Below, one piece after another: positions 37,808-45,760 of a stretch of 64,000 nt of DNA. The notes below the pieces were generated by a model, which was not told the origin of the DNA, did no database searches, and saw only the letters and a list, made by a program, of their open reading frames with translations. Each line of letters starts with the position of its first letter. The stretch's first letter is position 1. The stretch is taken from positions 30,175 to 94,174 of the forward strand of contig JAPZUC010000005.1 of the NCBI GenBank assembly GCA_027533455.1. Direction: 5' to 3'. The position numbers and the translations under genes were made by a program. Source of the DNA: Porphyrobacter sp. (GTDB lineage Bacteria; Pseudomonadota; Alphaproteobacteria; Sphingomonadales; Sphingomonadaceae).

Positions 37808-39239
37808 GCCACGTTACTCCGTCGCGTTCGGCGAGCGCGATCGCCGCAGAAGGCCCCCAGCTGCCGGCGGTGTAGGTCTTGGGGGTGAGGCCGTCCGCCG
37901 CCCAGCCGGCGCGGATCGCGTCGACCCATTCCCACTGCGCTTCCACCTCGTCGCGGCGGACAAACAGCGTCTGGTCACCCTCGACCAGATCGAGCAACAG
38001 GCGTTCATAGGCGATGCGCCGCACCGCGCCGCTGAAGGCATCGGGCATGGCGATGTTGAGCGGGACGGAACGCAGGCGGATGCCCTCGCGGTCCAGCCCG
38101 GGCACCTTGGCCATCAGCGAGAGGGTGATGTTCTCTTCGGGCTGGATGCCGATCACCAGCTGGTTGGGCCGCATCGTCGCGCCTTTTCCGGCGAAGATCG
38201 AGTGCGGCACGCAGCGGAACTGGATCACGATCTCGGTCACGCGCTTGGGCATGCGCTTGCCGGTGCGCAGGTAGAAGGGCACGCCCTTCCAGCGCCAGTT
38301 ATCGACATGCGCCTTGATTGCGACGAAGGTTTCGGTGTCGCTGCCCTTGCCGAGCTCCTCGTCATAGCCCGGCACCGCCTGCCCGCCGATCGCGCCGGCA
38401 CGGTACTGGCCGGTGACGGTCTCCTGCGAGGTGACACCGCGCAGCGCGCGCAGCACCTTGACCTTCTCGTCACGCACCGCGGTCGCATCGAAATGCGCGG
38501 GCGGCTCCATCGCCACCAGCGCGAGCAGTTGAAGCATGTGGTTCTGCACCATGTCGCGGATGGCACCGGCATCGTCGTAGAAGGCAACGCGCCCTTCCAG
38601 GCCGACGGTCTCGGCCACGGTGATCTGCACATGGTCGATGTGGGCCGCATTCCACAGCGGCTCGAACATAAGGTTGGCAAAGCGCAGCGCGAGCAGGTTC
38701 TGCACCGTCTCCTTGCCGAGATAGTGATCGATCCGGAAGATGCGGCTCTCGGGGAAGGCCCCGGCCACCGCGTCGTTGATCTCGCGGCTGGTGGCGAGAT
38801 TGGTGCCGAGGGGCTTTTCGAGGCACATCCGCACCGTCTCGCCCGTCAGCCCGGCTGATTGCAGCCCCTTGATGGTCGGCTCGAACAGGCTCGGCGCGGT
38901 CGAGAGGAAGATCGCAAGGCCGCGCTCCGGCGCGCCGACTTTCTCGGCCAGCGCGGCATAGCCCTCCAGCGTGGTCGCATCGAGCGGCTGGTAGGACAGG
39001 CGGTTGAGGAACCCCGCCATGCTCCCGCGGCGTTCGGCAGGGAGATACTTCTCCAGTGCGGCGCGGGCAAAGTTGCGGTATTCGCCATCGGACATGCTGC
39101 TGCGCGCGGTGCCGACGATCTTGAGATCAGGCGCGAGCAATCCGTCGGCATCAAGCGCGAACAGGCTCGGCAACAGCATGCGCTGGGCAAGGTCGCCGGT
39201 GGCTCCGAACAGCAGCAGGCGGTCAGCGGTGAAGCTCAT
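37800..39239 (-). CDS. zwf: Glucose-6-phosphate 1-dehydrogenase
   Basis: [22 protein letters not shown] and [13 protein letters not shown]. Confidence 0.95.
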   Translation of the reverse strand: MSFTADRLLLFGATGDLAQRMLLPSLFALDADGLLAPDLKIVGTARSSMSDGEYRNFARAALEKYLPAERRGSMAGFLNRLSYQPLDATTLEGYAALAEKVGAPERGLAIFLSTAPSLFEPTIKGLQSAGLTGETVRMCLEKPLGTNLATSREINDAVAGAFPESRIFRIDHYLGKETVQNLLALRFANLMFEPLWNAAHIDHVQITVAETVGLEGRVAFYDDAGAIRDMVQNHMLQLLALVAMEPPAHFDATAVRDEKVKVLRALRGVTSQETVTGQYRAGAIGGQAVPGYDEELGKGSDTETFVAIKAHVDNWRWKGVPFYLRTGKRMPKRVTEIVIQFRCVPHSIFAGKGATMRPNQLVIGIQPEENITLSLMAKVPGLDREGIRLRSVPLNIAMPDAFSGAVRRIAYERLLLDLVEGDQTLFVRRDEVEAQWEWVDAIRAGWAADGLTPKTYTAGSWGPSAAIALAERDGVTWHE

Positions 39240-39300
39240 GCACGTGGCCCTTTCCCTCGTGCGTCCTACCTAGGCGCGCGGGGGATTATCCGCCAGTAGG

Positions 39301-39316
39301 CGCATACTTATTCAAG
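39301..39316. promoter_or_regulatory. Candidate LacI operator upstream of zwf
   Basis: CGCATACTTATTCAAG, identical to 45743-45758; pseudo-palindromic core GAATAAGTATGC on the minus strand. Confidence 0.55.
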
Positions 39317-40601
39317 CAGGCTTGCGGGCGAAGATTCCGAAGCCCGCGATGATCGCGTAGCACGCTGCCGGCAGAACCAGCGCGAAGGCGAGGCTCGTCG
39401 CATCTGCGAGCGCGGCATACATCGGCGGGATGATCGCGCCGCCGCAGATCGCGACGTTGATGATCCCCGATCCATCGGCCGCGCGCGGACCCAGCTTCTC
39501 GCAGGCAAGGGAGAAGATGGTCGGGAACATGATCGCGTTCATCAGACCCACGGCGAGCAGCGAATAACCCGCGACCGCGCCAGTCGTGTTAGCCGAGATC
39601 GCGATGAGCGTGATCGCGCCAGCGGCTACACCCGCGAGCGTCAGGCCCGGGCTGACCATGCGCAGAACGACCGAGCCGATAAAGCGGCCCACCAGCGCGC
39701 CGCCCCAATACAGCGAGATCAGCTTGCCAGCATCCTGTTCGGCGATGTTCAGCACTTCGGCCTGCATCAGGTAATTGACGATGAAGCTGCCGATCGCGAC
39801 CTCCGCGCCGACATAGAGGAAGATGCAGGCCGCGCCGTATCCGAAGCGCGGACGCTTCAGCAGCGCGAGGCCATCGGAAAGGCTGGTCTGTTCGTGCTTC
39901 TCGCCCTTGAGGCGATTGCGGAACAGCCACACTACGCCCGCCACCACAGCCAGCGCGGCAGCAAGGCCGAGGTAGCCGTTGACGATGGCCTGGCTTTCCG
40001 CGGTGCGATAGGCGACGAGTTCCGCGCCGGACAGTTCGGCTGCGGTTACAGTGGCAAGGCTGCCAAGGATCAGGATCGCGCCGACATAGGGAAAGATCGT
40101 CGTCCCCAGCGAATTGAATGCTTGCGCGAAGGTCAGGCGGCTGTGCGTCGTACGCTCCGGCCCAAGCAGGCTGATAAGCGGGTTGGCGACGATCTGCACC
40201 AGCACCACGCCGGTCGCGAGCACGAAATAGGCGAACAGGAACATCGGGAACAGCGCAGTCTGGCTCGCCGGAATGAACATCAGGCAGCCCGCCATCATGG
40301 TGACGAGGCCCGCGACCGCGCCGCGCATGTAGCCCAGCTTCTTGACCAGCCGCGCGCCCGGAATGCCGACCACCGCATAGGCGATGAAGAAGCAGAACTG
40401 GACAAGGCTCGCTTCGAAGAAGTTGAGGGTAAACAGCTCTTTCAGCTTGGGAATGATCACATCGTTCAGCGAGGTGATCCCGCCGAAGATGAAGAACAGC
40501 GCGAAGACGAAATAATTGAGGCCCGGGGCATGCACCTGCGGCGCATCGCTCGACCCATCACCCACGGCAGTCGCCGCACTCACCCCAGGTGCCATCGCCA
40601 T
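39312..40601 (-). CDS. gluP: Glucose/galactose MFS transporter (GluP/FucP family)
   Basis: FFIFGGITSLND, ANPLISLLG, QAFNSLG, YVGAEV and MFPTIFSL; start moved to ATG 40601 behind GGGAGAG. Confidence 0.85.
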   Translation of the reverse strand: MAMAPGVSAATAVGDGSSDAPQVHAPGLNYFVFALFFIFGGITSLNDVIIPKLKELFTLNFFEASLVQFCFFIAYAVVGIPGARLVKKLGYMRGAVAGLVTMMAGCLMFIPASQTALFPMFLFAYFVLATGVVLVQIVANPLISLLGPERTTHSRLTFAQAFNSLGTTIFPYVGAILILGSLATVTAAELSGAELVAYRTAESQAIVNGYLGLAAALAVVAGVVWLFRNRLKGEKHEQTSLSDGLALLKRPRFGYGAACIFLYVGAEVAIGSFIVNYLMQAEVLNIAEQDAGKLISLYWGGALVGRFIGSVVLRMVSPGLTLAGVAAGAITLIAISANTTGAVAGYSLLAVGLMNAIMFPTIFSLACEKLGPRAADGSGIINVAICGGAIIPPMYAALADATSLAFALVLPAACYAIIAGFGIFARKPA

Positions 40602-40756
40602 TGTCGCTCTCTCCCATAGCGCGCTGTGCTTATTGCTAACGTTCACAATCCGCGCGCAATCTCAGAAATGCAAGCCCCGGCTGCACAAATCCAGTGCGAA
40701 TAGCAATGCAAGCGCGGCTTGCGCCCTGAGGCCCAGAGGCCCTAGAAGCTTCGGCC

Positions 40757-41794
40757 ATGAGCGGGGGACCGAAAAGACGGCCGACATCTTTCGATGTGGC
40801 GGAGCGGGCGGGCGTCAGCCAGCCGACGGTCAGCCGTGCGCTGTCCGGTTCGCCCGCGATTGCCGAAGCGACCCGTCGCAAAGTCATCGAAGCTGCCGAG
40901 GCGCTTGGTTATTTCGTTGATGAACGCGCCGCGCGGCTGCGGCGCGGATCGACCGGGACGCTGGCGGTGGTGGTCATCTGCCGCGAAGGCGACAGCGCGT
41001 CGAGCATCAATCCCTTCGCCTATGCGCTGCTCGGCTCGGTCTGCGTGGCGGCATCGGAACGCGGGTTCGAGACGCTGGTGAGCTTCCAGGCGCGGCCCGA
41101 GGATTTCTTCGGCCACTATCAGGAGCAGGGCCGCGCGGACGGCCTCGTGGTGATCGGCACCACCACCAACGCTGCCGCGTGGGAGCATTTCCGCGCGCTG
41201 GAAGACGAGGGGCGCAAGGTCGTCTACTGGGGCTCGCCCTATGACGAACTTGATTGGGTGCGTTCGGATAACCGCGCCGCAGGGCGCCTCGCGGTCGAGC
41301 ATCTCTTGGCGCAGGGCTACAAGCGCCCGTGCTTCCTCGGCGCGCTGAACACGCCGCAGGTGCAGTTCACCGAACGCTATGAAGGCTATGCCGAAGGGAT
41401 GCGCGCGGCGGGGCTGGAGCCATGCCTTGCCCCCACCGTCAACGCCGCTTCCCGCGAGGAGGAAGGCCGCCGCGCCGCGCGCCGGCTGATCGAGCGCGGC
41501 ATGATCGAACAGGGGGATGTCGACGCGGTGTTCGCCGCCTGCGACGCGATGGCGCTGGGCGCGATCGAAGCCTTTGCCTCCGCCGATCTCAGCGTGCCGC
41601 AGGCCGTGGGCGTTATGGGGTTCGACGATCTGGTCGCAGGCCGCTTCAGCCGACCGCCTCTCACCACGCTTGCGCCAGATCCGGCCGAAGCGGGCGCGGC
41701 GCTGGTCGAAGCGGTGCTCGACGATTATACCGCGAATGCCCGCCGCCGCGTGCCGGTAAAACTGATCGCGCGCGGTAGTTCGATGCGCGCCTGA
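40757..41794 (+). CDS. LacI-family regulator, probable glucose/ED regulator
   Basis: TSFDVAERAGVSQPTVSRAL; MGFDD and PPLTT; divergent from gluP. Confidence 0.9.
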   Translation: MSGGPKRRPTSFDVAERAGVSQPTVSRALSGSPAIAEATRRKVIEAAEALGYFVDERAARLRRGSTGTLAVVVICREGDSASSINPFAYALLGSVCVAASERGFETLVSFQARPEDFFGHYQEQGRADGLVVIGTTTNAAAWEHFRALEDEGRKVVYWGSPYDELDWVRSDNRAAGRLAVEHLLAQGYKRPCFLGALNTPQVQFTERYEGYAEGMRAAGLEPCLAPTVNAASREEEGRRAARRLIERGMIEQGDVDAVFAACDAMALGAIEAFASADLSVPQAVGVMGFDDLVAGRFSRPPLTTLAPDPAEAGAALVEAVLDDYTANARRRVPVKLIARGSSMRA

Positions 41795-41804
41795 CCGGCG
41801 GTCA

Positions 41805-41863
41805 GACCCCTCCAGATCGCGTTATGCTTGGGCTAGACCCCGCTTCGACCCCCACCAGACCCC
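41805..41863 (+). repeat. Phased GACCCC motifs upstream of parS-like site
   Basis: GACCCC at 41805, 41836, 41847 and 41858 (last three exactly 11 bp apart). Confidence 0.6.
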
Positions 41864-41885
41864 GTTTTCGCGGGGTTCGCGGCGC

Positions 41886-41901
41886 GGTTTCACGTGAAAT
41901 A
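41886..41901. other. parS-like palindrome GGTTTCACGTGAAATA
   Basis: 14/16 match with intact 12-bp core TTTCACGTGAAA, between convergent genes. Confidence 0.6.
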
Positions 41902-41918
41902 TCGGCAGGGGGAGGAGA

Positions 41919-44684
41919 TCAGCCGTGCGCCCCGAATTCATTGGCGATGGCGGTGCTGATCCTGAGGCTTAACTCATGCGCCCGGGCAATCGGCGTCATG
42001 AAGTCGCGTTCGTAGGCGCCGTAACCTTCCTCGCCGCCGTCGGGATAGTCTGACGGCTCGTCGAGAGGGAAGTCGCGCGGGCCGGGCACCCGGACAGGGA
42101 ACGCGCGGCGCAGCTGGGCAAGGGCCTCGTCGATGCGCAAAGTCATAACCATATCAACTACATCGCGGCGACTGATATCGTTGGCGCGGCTGAAGGCGGG
42201 GACCGCGACGACCTTCAGGAACATGTGCTGGAGCAGCGCCAGCCGCAGCGCCTGAAGCACGCCAATGCGGCGGCGCACATGCTCGCGCGCCTCGGCATCT
42301 TCCGCTTCGCGCGGGAGCAGATCGAGCAGGCGGTGGAACTTCAGCGCGTCGATCCGGAGACGAGAGGCAAGGCGGCGGAATACCCCCGTCCGGTCGTCGG
42401 CCACCAGATACTCCGCCAAAGCAGCGCAGGAGCCTGCCAGATGATCCTCGGTCCCGCGATAGGTCCGGCTCGCCCAATAGGCCGAGTTGAACAGCTCGCC
42501 ATAGGCCGCCACGGTCTTGATGCTGGCGAGCGAATTGGCGGCGCGCACCAGCCGCAGGATCTGGCTTCCGCGCGCAGATTCCGTAATCAAAGCAGCGATT
42601 TCCTCGCGGTTGCCATCCGCCGCACTGCCAATTCCGGCGATGACGTTGACGGGGTAACCGAGCTGCTGGAGGATCGCGTTGTGCGGGATCGCGCGGATTT
42701 GCCGCAGGCTCATTTCGCGGTCGGCGTTGATGTCGCTCTGGCGGCGCGAGACGCGGCTGCCGGTGGGGTTGAGCAGGCCGAGACCGAAAGCGGTTACCGC
42801 GCGGGCATAGGTGCGGCTGGCGAGGTGATCGCCCTGATGTTCCTTCACCGCGCGATAGAAATCGAGGCTGAGATCGGTGCGGTGGTAGAAGGGATCGGCA
42901 GGCGCGGCGAGGTCGGTCTCGGCCGGGCGCAGTTCGGCAATGCGGGAGAGGGTCGCCAGCGCCAGTTCGGGGGTGGCGAAGAACAGGTAGCCATCGCCGC
43001 CCTGAAAGCTGACCTCGGGCTCCAGCCTTATCCCGGCGCGGGCGAAGCGTCGCCGCGCCCAGGGAGAGAGCGGCCATTCGATCCGGTCGCGGAAGGATGC
43101 CGGGTGCGCGCCGCGCCCCATGCTCTCGCCGTGGGTGTTGAAGACCAGCGCGGCGATGTTGCCGAGGCCGTTGGCGGCCATCGCCTCGGCAAGGCGGCCC
43201 TGAAGGCGCTCTATGGCGAGTGCGGCGGGGACCTGTCCGACGAAACGCCCGGCGTCGGAGAACCCGGTCTGCACCGCGACGCGTCCACGGACGCGGGCAT
43301 AGGCGCGGTAGGCGGGCTCGGCCAGAAGGGCGTCGAGGAAGCGTCCGCCATGTTCCAGCGCGGTCTCGGTCTCGAACAAGGGCGAGACATCGACCTTGTC
43401 GTCGACCCCGAACAACTTGGCGAAATAGAGCGCGGCGAGCACCGTGGCGGGCTGCTCGCACTCGGCCACCAGCATCCGGATCGGGGCATCGGCATCGATG
43501 TGCTTGACGATCTGCGCCATCGCGATGAATTGGCGGATCGCAGTCGAGCTTTCGGTGGCGAGCGCGGCGAAGTTGGTGCGCAGCGGCTTCGCCTCTTCGA
43601 CCAGTCGTCGCAGCGTGGCGATGGCGCCCTTGCTCGCGAGATCGATCGCCTCGTGGTCGCCCAGCCGGCGGCGTACCGCGTTGTGGAGCTGCTTGGCATT
43701 TACCCTGAAATGGATCCAGCCCATTCCCAACCCGTCGGCCCGCATCGCGGCTGAAAGGGTGAGGAGACCCACGGCGCGGGCCGGTTCGGCCGTCCCAGCC
43801 TCGGCTTCGAGCGCGGCGATCAGTGGGGCGAGCGACAACAGGTTGTCGTCGCTGTGGGTGGTCAGCCGGTTCGCGGCGGCAGCCAGCGCCTCGGCGCTCG
43901 ACAGGTCAGCGGTGAAATCGGCGGCGCGGGCGGCGGCGAAGGCGGCTGCGGGGCGCAGCGTGCCAAGCACCGGGTGCGCGGGATCGAGCGCTTCGAGGCT
44001 AGTAGTGTAGCGCGCCAGCCGCCGGGCTTTCTCCTGAAGGCGGAAGGCGATGGAGGTGTGCCAGCCGATATCGGTGCGCCCGTCCATGTCGTAACCGACC
44101 CAGCTGGCGAAGCGGAACGGCAGAGGGCGCAAGGTCAGCCAGCTATCGGGCCAGCGCTTGCAAGCCTCCTTCAGCAAGCGTGCGACGATCACGTCGCGGG
44201 CGTCCTGCGCGCGGGCCATCGCGTCAATCGCCGCGCGGTGTTCGTGCTCGAGCGTCACGGCGCTGCGGGTGGCAGGCACCGCGCAGACGGTGTCGTCCAC
44301 GCCCTGCGGCGCGGAGGCCGCAATCGCCACCGCTTTGGCCTGTGCCGGGGCAAGCAGGAAGGTCGGGTGGGCGGTGAATACAGCGTGGAGCTGCGGACGT
44401 TCCCAGCGCTCGCAGAAAGCCTCGAAGTCGTCATCCTCGCCCACCAGCGGCGCGGGCGCGGCGGGCGGCGCGAGCAGCGTGCGCAGCTTGTGCGCGCGGG
44501 CTTTCAAGCCGTCACACTCCAGCTCGGTCACCAGCGCGGCCAGATCATCGAGGCTGACCTCGCCTCCCTCCAAAGCACGCGACAGATCGAGCGAGAGCTG
44601 GAAGACCGGATTGAATAGCGGCGTTTCGCGGGTGCGTTGGTGCAATTCGCCGAGGCGTGCCTCCAGCGCCGCAATCGTCTTCAC
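41919..44684 (-). CDS. ppc: Divergent phosphoenolpyruvate carboxylase
   Basis: VFTAHPT, WVGYDMDGR, PLFET, GFSD, HGESMGRG and IRAIP occur in PEPC order; 921 aa. Confidence 0.75.
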   Translation of the reverse strand: MKTIAALEARLGELHQRTRETPLFNPVFQLSLDLSRALEGGEVSLDDLAALVTELECDGLKARAHKLRTLLAPPAAPAPLVGEDDDFEAFCERWERPQLHAVFTAHPTFLLAPAQAKAVAIAASAPQGVDDTVCAVPATRSAVTLEHEHRAAIDAMARAQDARDVIVARLLKEACKRWPDSWLTLRPLPFRFASWVGYDMDGRTDIGWHTSIAFRLQEKARRLARYTTSLEALDPAHPVLGTLRPAAAFAAARAADFTADLSSAEALAAAANRLTTHSDDNLLSLAPLIAALEAEAGTAEPARAVGLLTLSAAMRADGLGMGWIHFRVNAKQLHNAVRRRLGDHEAIDLASKGAIATLRRLVEEAKPLRTNFAALATESSTAIRQFIAMAQIVKHIDADAPIRMLVAECEQPATVLAALYFAKLFGVDDKVDVSPLFETETALEHGGRFLDALLAEPAYRAYARVRGRVAVQTGFSDAGRFVGQVPAALAIERLQGRLAEAMAANGLGNIAALVFNTHGESMGRGAHPASFRDRIEWPLSPWARRRFARAGIRLEPEVSFQGGDGYLFFATPELALATLSRIAELRPAETDLAAPADPFYHRTDLSLDFYRAVKEHQGDHLASRTYARAVTAFGLGLLNPTGSRVSRRQSDINADREMSLRQIRAIPHNAILQQLGYPVNVIAGIGSAADGNREEIAALITESARGSQILRLVRAANSLASIKTVAAYGELFNSAYWASRTYRGTEDHLAGSCAALAEYLVADDRTGVFRRLASRLRIDALKFHRLLDLLPREAEDAEAREHVRRRIGVLQALRLALLQHMFLKVVAVPAFSRANDISRRDVVDMVMTLRIDEALAQLRRAFPVRVPGPRDFPLDEPSDYPDGGEEGYGAYERDFMTPIARAHELSLRISTAIANEFGAHG

Positions 44685-45676
44685 GCGCCCTCTCCGTGCT
44701 CGGAAGCGAAGGCGGCGGCGGCGCCGAATAGGCCGGGCTGCGGGTGGACGATCAGCTTGACGGGGATGCCTGCCATCAGCGTCTCGAACCGGCCCTTGGC
44801 CCTGAAGCGCGCGGCAAAGCCCGACGTCAGGATCGTCTCGCGAATGCGGTAGCCAAGCCCGCCTGCAATCACCACGCCCGCAAAGCCGCCCTGCGCCAGC
44901 GCAAGATCGCCCGCCACCGACCCGAGCGAGAGGCAGAAACGGTCAACTGCGGCGGCGGCAAGGCTGTCCTCGCCAGTAGTGCCGAGGTTCCAGATCTCGA
45001 TCGTATCGCGCTCCGGCACGGTGCGGCCTTCCAGGGCGGCCAATGCCTGATAGATATCGACGATCCCCGGTCCTGCCACCACACGCTCCACCGAAACGCG
45101 GTTGTGGCGGCTGCGCAGGCGGGCAAGGATCGCGTCCTCGATGGAATCGAGCGGGGCGAAATCGATATGCCCGCCCTCGGTCGCTTGGACGCGGTAGCTG
45201 CCGCCGGAACGGTAGAGATGGGCAACACCCAAGCCGGTGCCGGGGCCGAGCACGCTGATCGTGCCTTCGCGCCCGAGCGGCGTGCCAGGGCCTGCAAGGT
45301 GCAGGAACTGGCTATCATCCGCGCGCGCGACGGCATGGGCGACGGCCGCGAAATCATTGACGAGAGTATAGTGGGTGACGCCCAGCTTTTCCGGGATCAT
45401 GGCCGGGCGGATGATCCACGGATTGTTGGTGAAGCGGATCACCGGATTGGGCTTGCCGGGGCTGCCGACGGGGCCGGCAATAGCGATGCTGACTGCAGGG
45501 GGTAGCGTGCCGCCCTTGCGTGTCCGGAAGGCCTCCCAAGCGGTCTGGAAGCTGGCGTGGTCGGCGGTGTGGAGCGTTTCCGGCTCGTCGAGACTGATCG
45601 CCCCGTCAGCACCTATGCTGGCAATGGCAAAGCGGGCATGCGTCCCGCCGATATCGACCGCTACCATTTCGCGCAT
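44681..45676 (-). CDS. glk: Glucokinase
   Basis: DIGGTHARF, FTNNPW, LVNDF, GPGTGLG and TEGGH. Confidence 0.92.
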   Translation of the reverse strand: MREMVAVDIGGTHARFAIASIGADGAISLDEPETLHTADHASFQTAWEAFRTRKGGTLPPAVSIAIAGPVGSPGKPNPVIRFTNNPWIIRPAMIPEKLGVTHYTLVNDFAAVAHAVARADDSQFLHLAGPGTPLGREGTISVLGPGTGLGVAHLYRSGGSYRVQATEGGHIDFAPLDSIEDAILARLRSRHNRVSVERVVAGPGIVDIYQALAALEGRTVPERDTIEIWNLGTTGEDSLAAAAVDRFCLSLGSVAGDLALAQGGFAGVVIAGGLGYRIRETILTSGFAARFRAKGRFETLMAGIPVKLIVHPQPGLFGAAAAFASEHGEGA

Positions 45677-45742
45677 GTTTCATCCCCGTCCGTTACCCGA
45701 GCGGGGCAGGTGTAGCAGGCGGCGCGCGGGAATCCCACGCGC

Positions 45743-45758
45743 CGCATACTTATTCAAG
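45743..45758. promoter_or_regulatory. Candidate LacI operator upstream of glk
   Basis: CGCATACTTATTCAAG, identical to 39301-39316, at a similar distance from the start codon. Confidence 0.55.
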
Positions 45759-45760
45759 TG

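Noticed and set aside
36098-43754. Long plus-strand ORFs opposite edd, zwf and ppc
   Set aside because: Shadow frames with no recognisable domain or RBS
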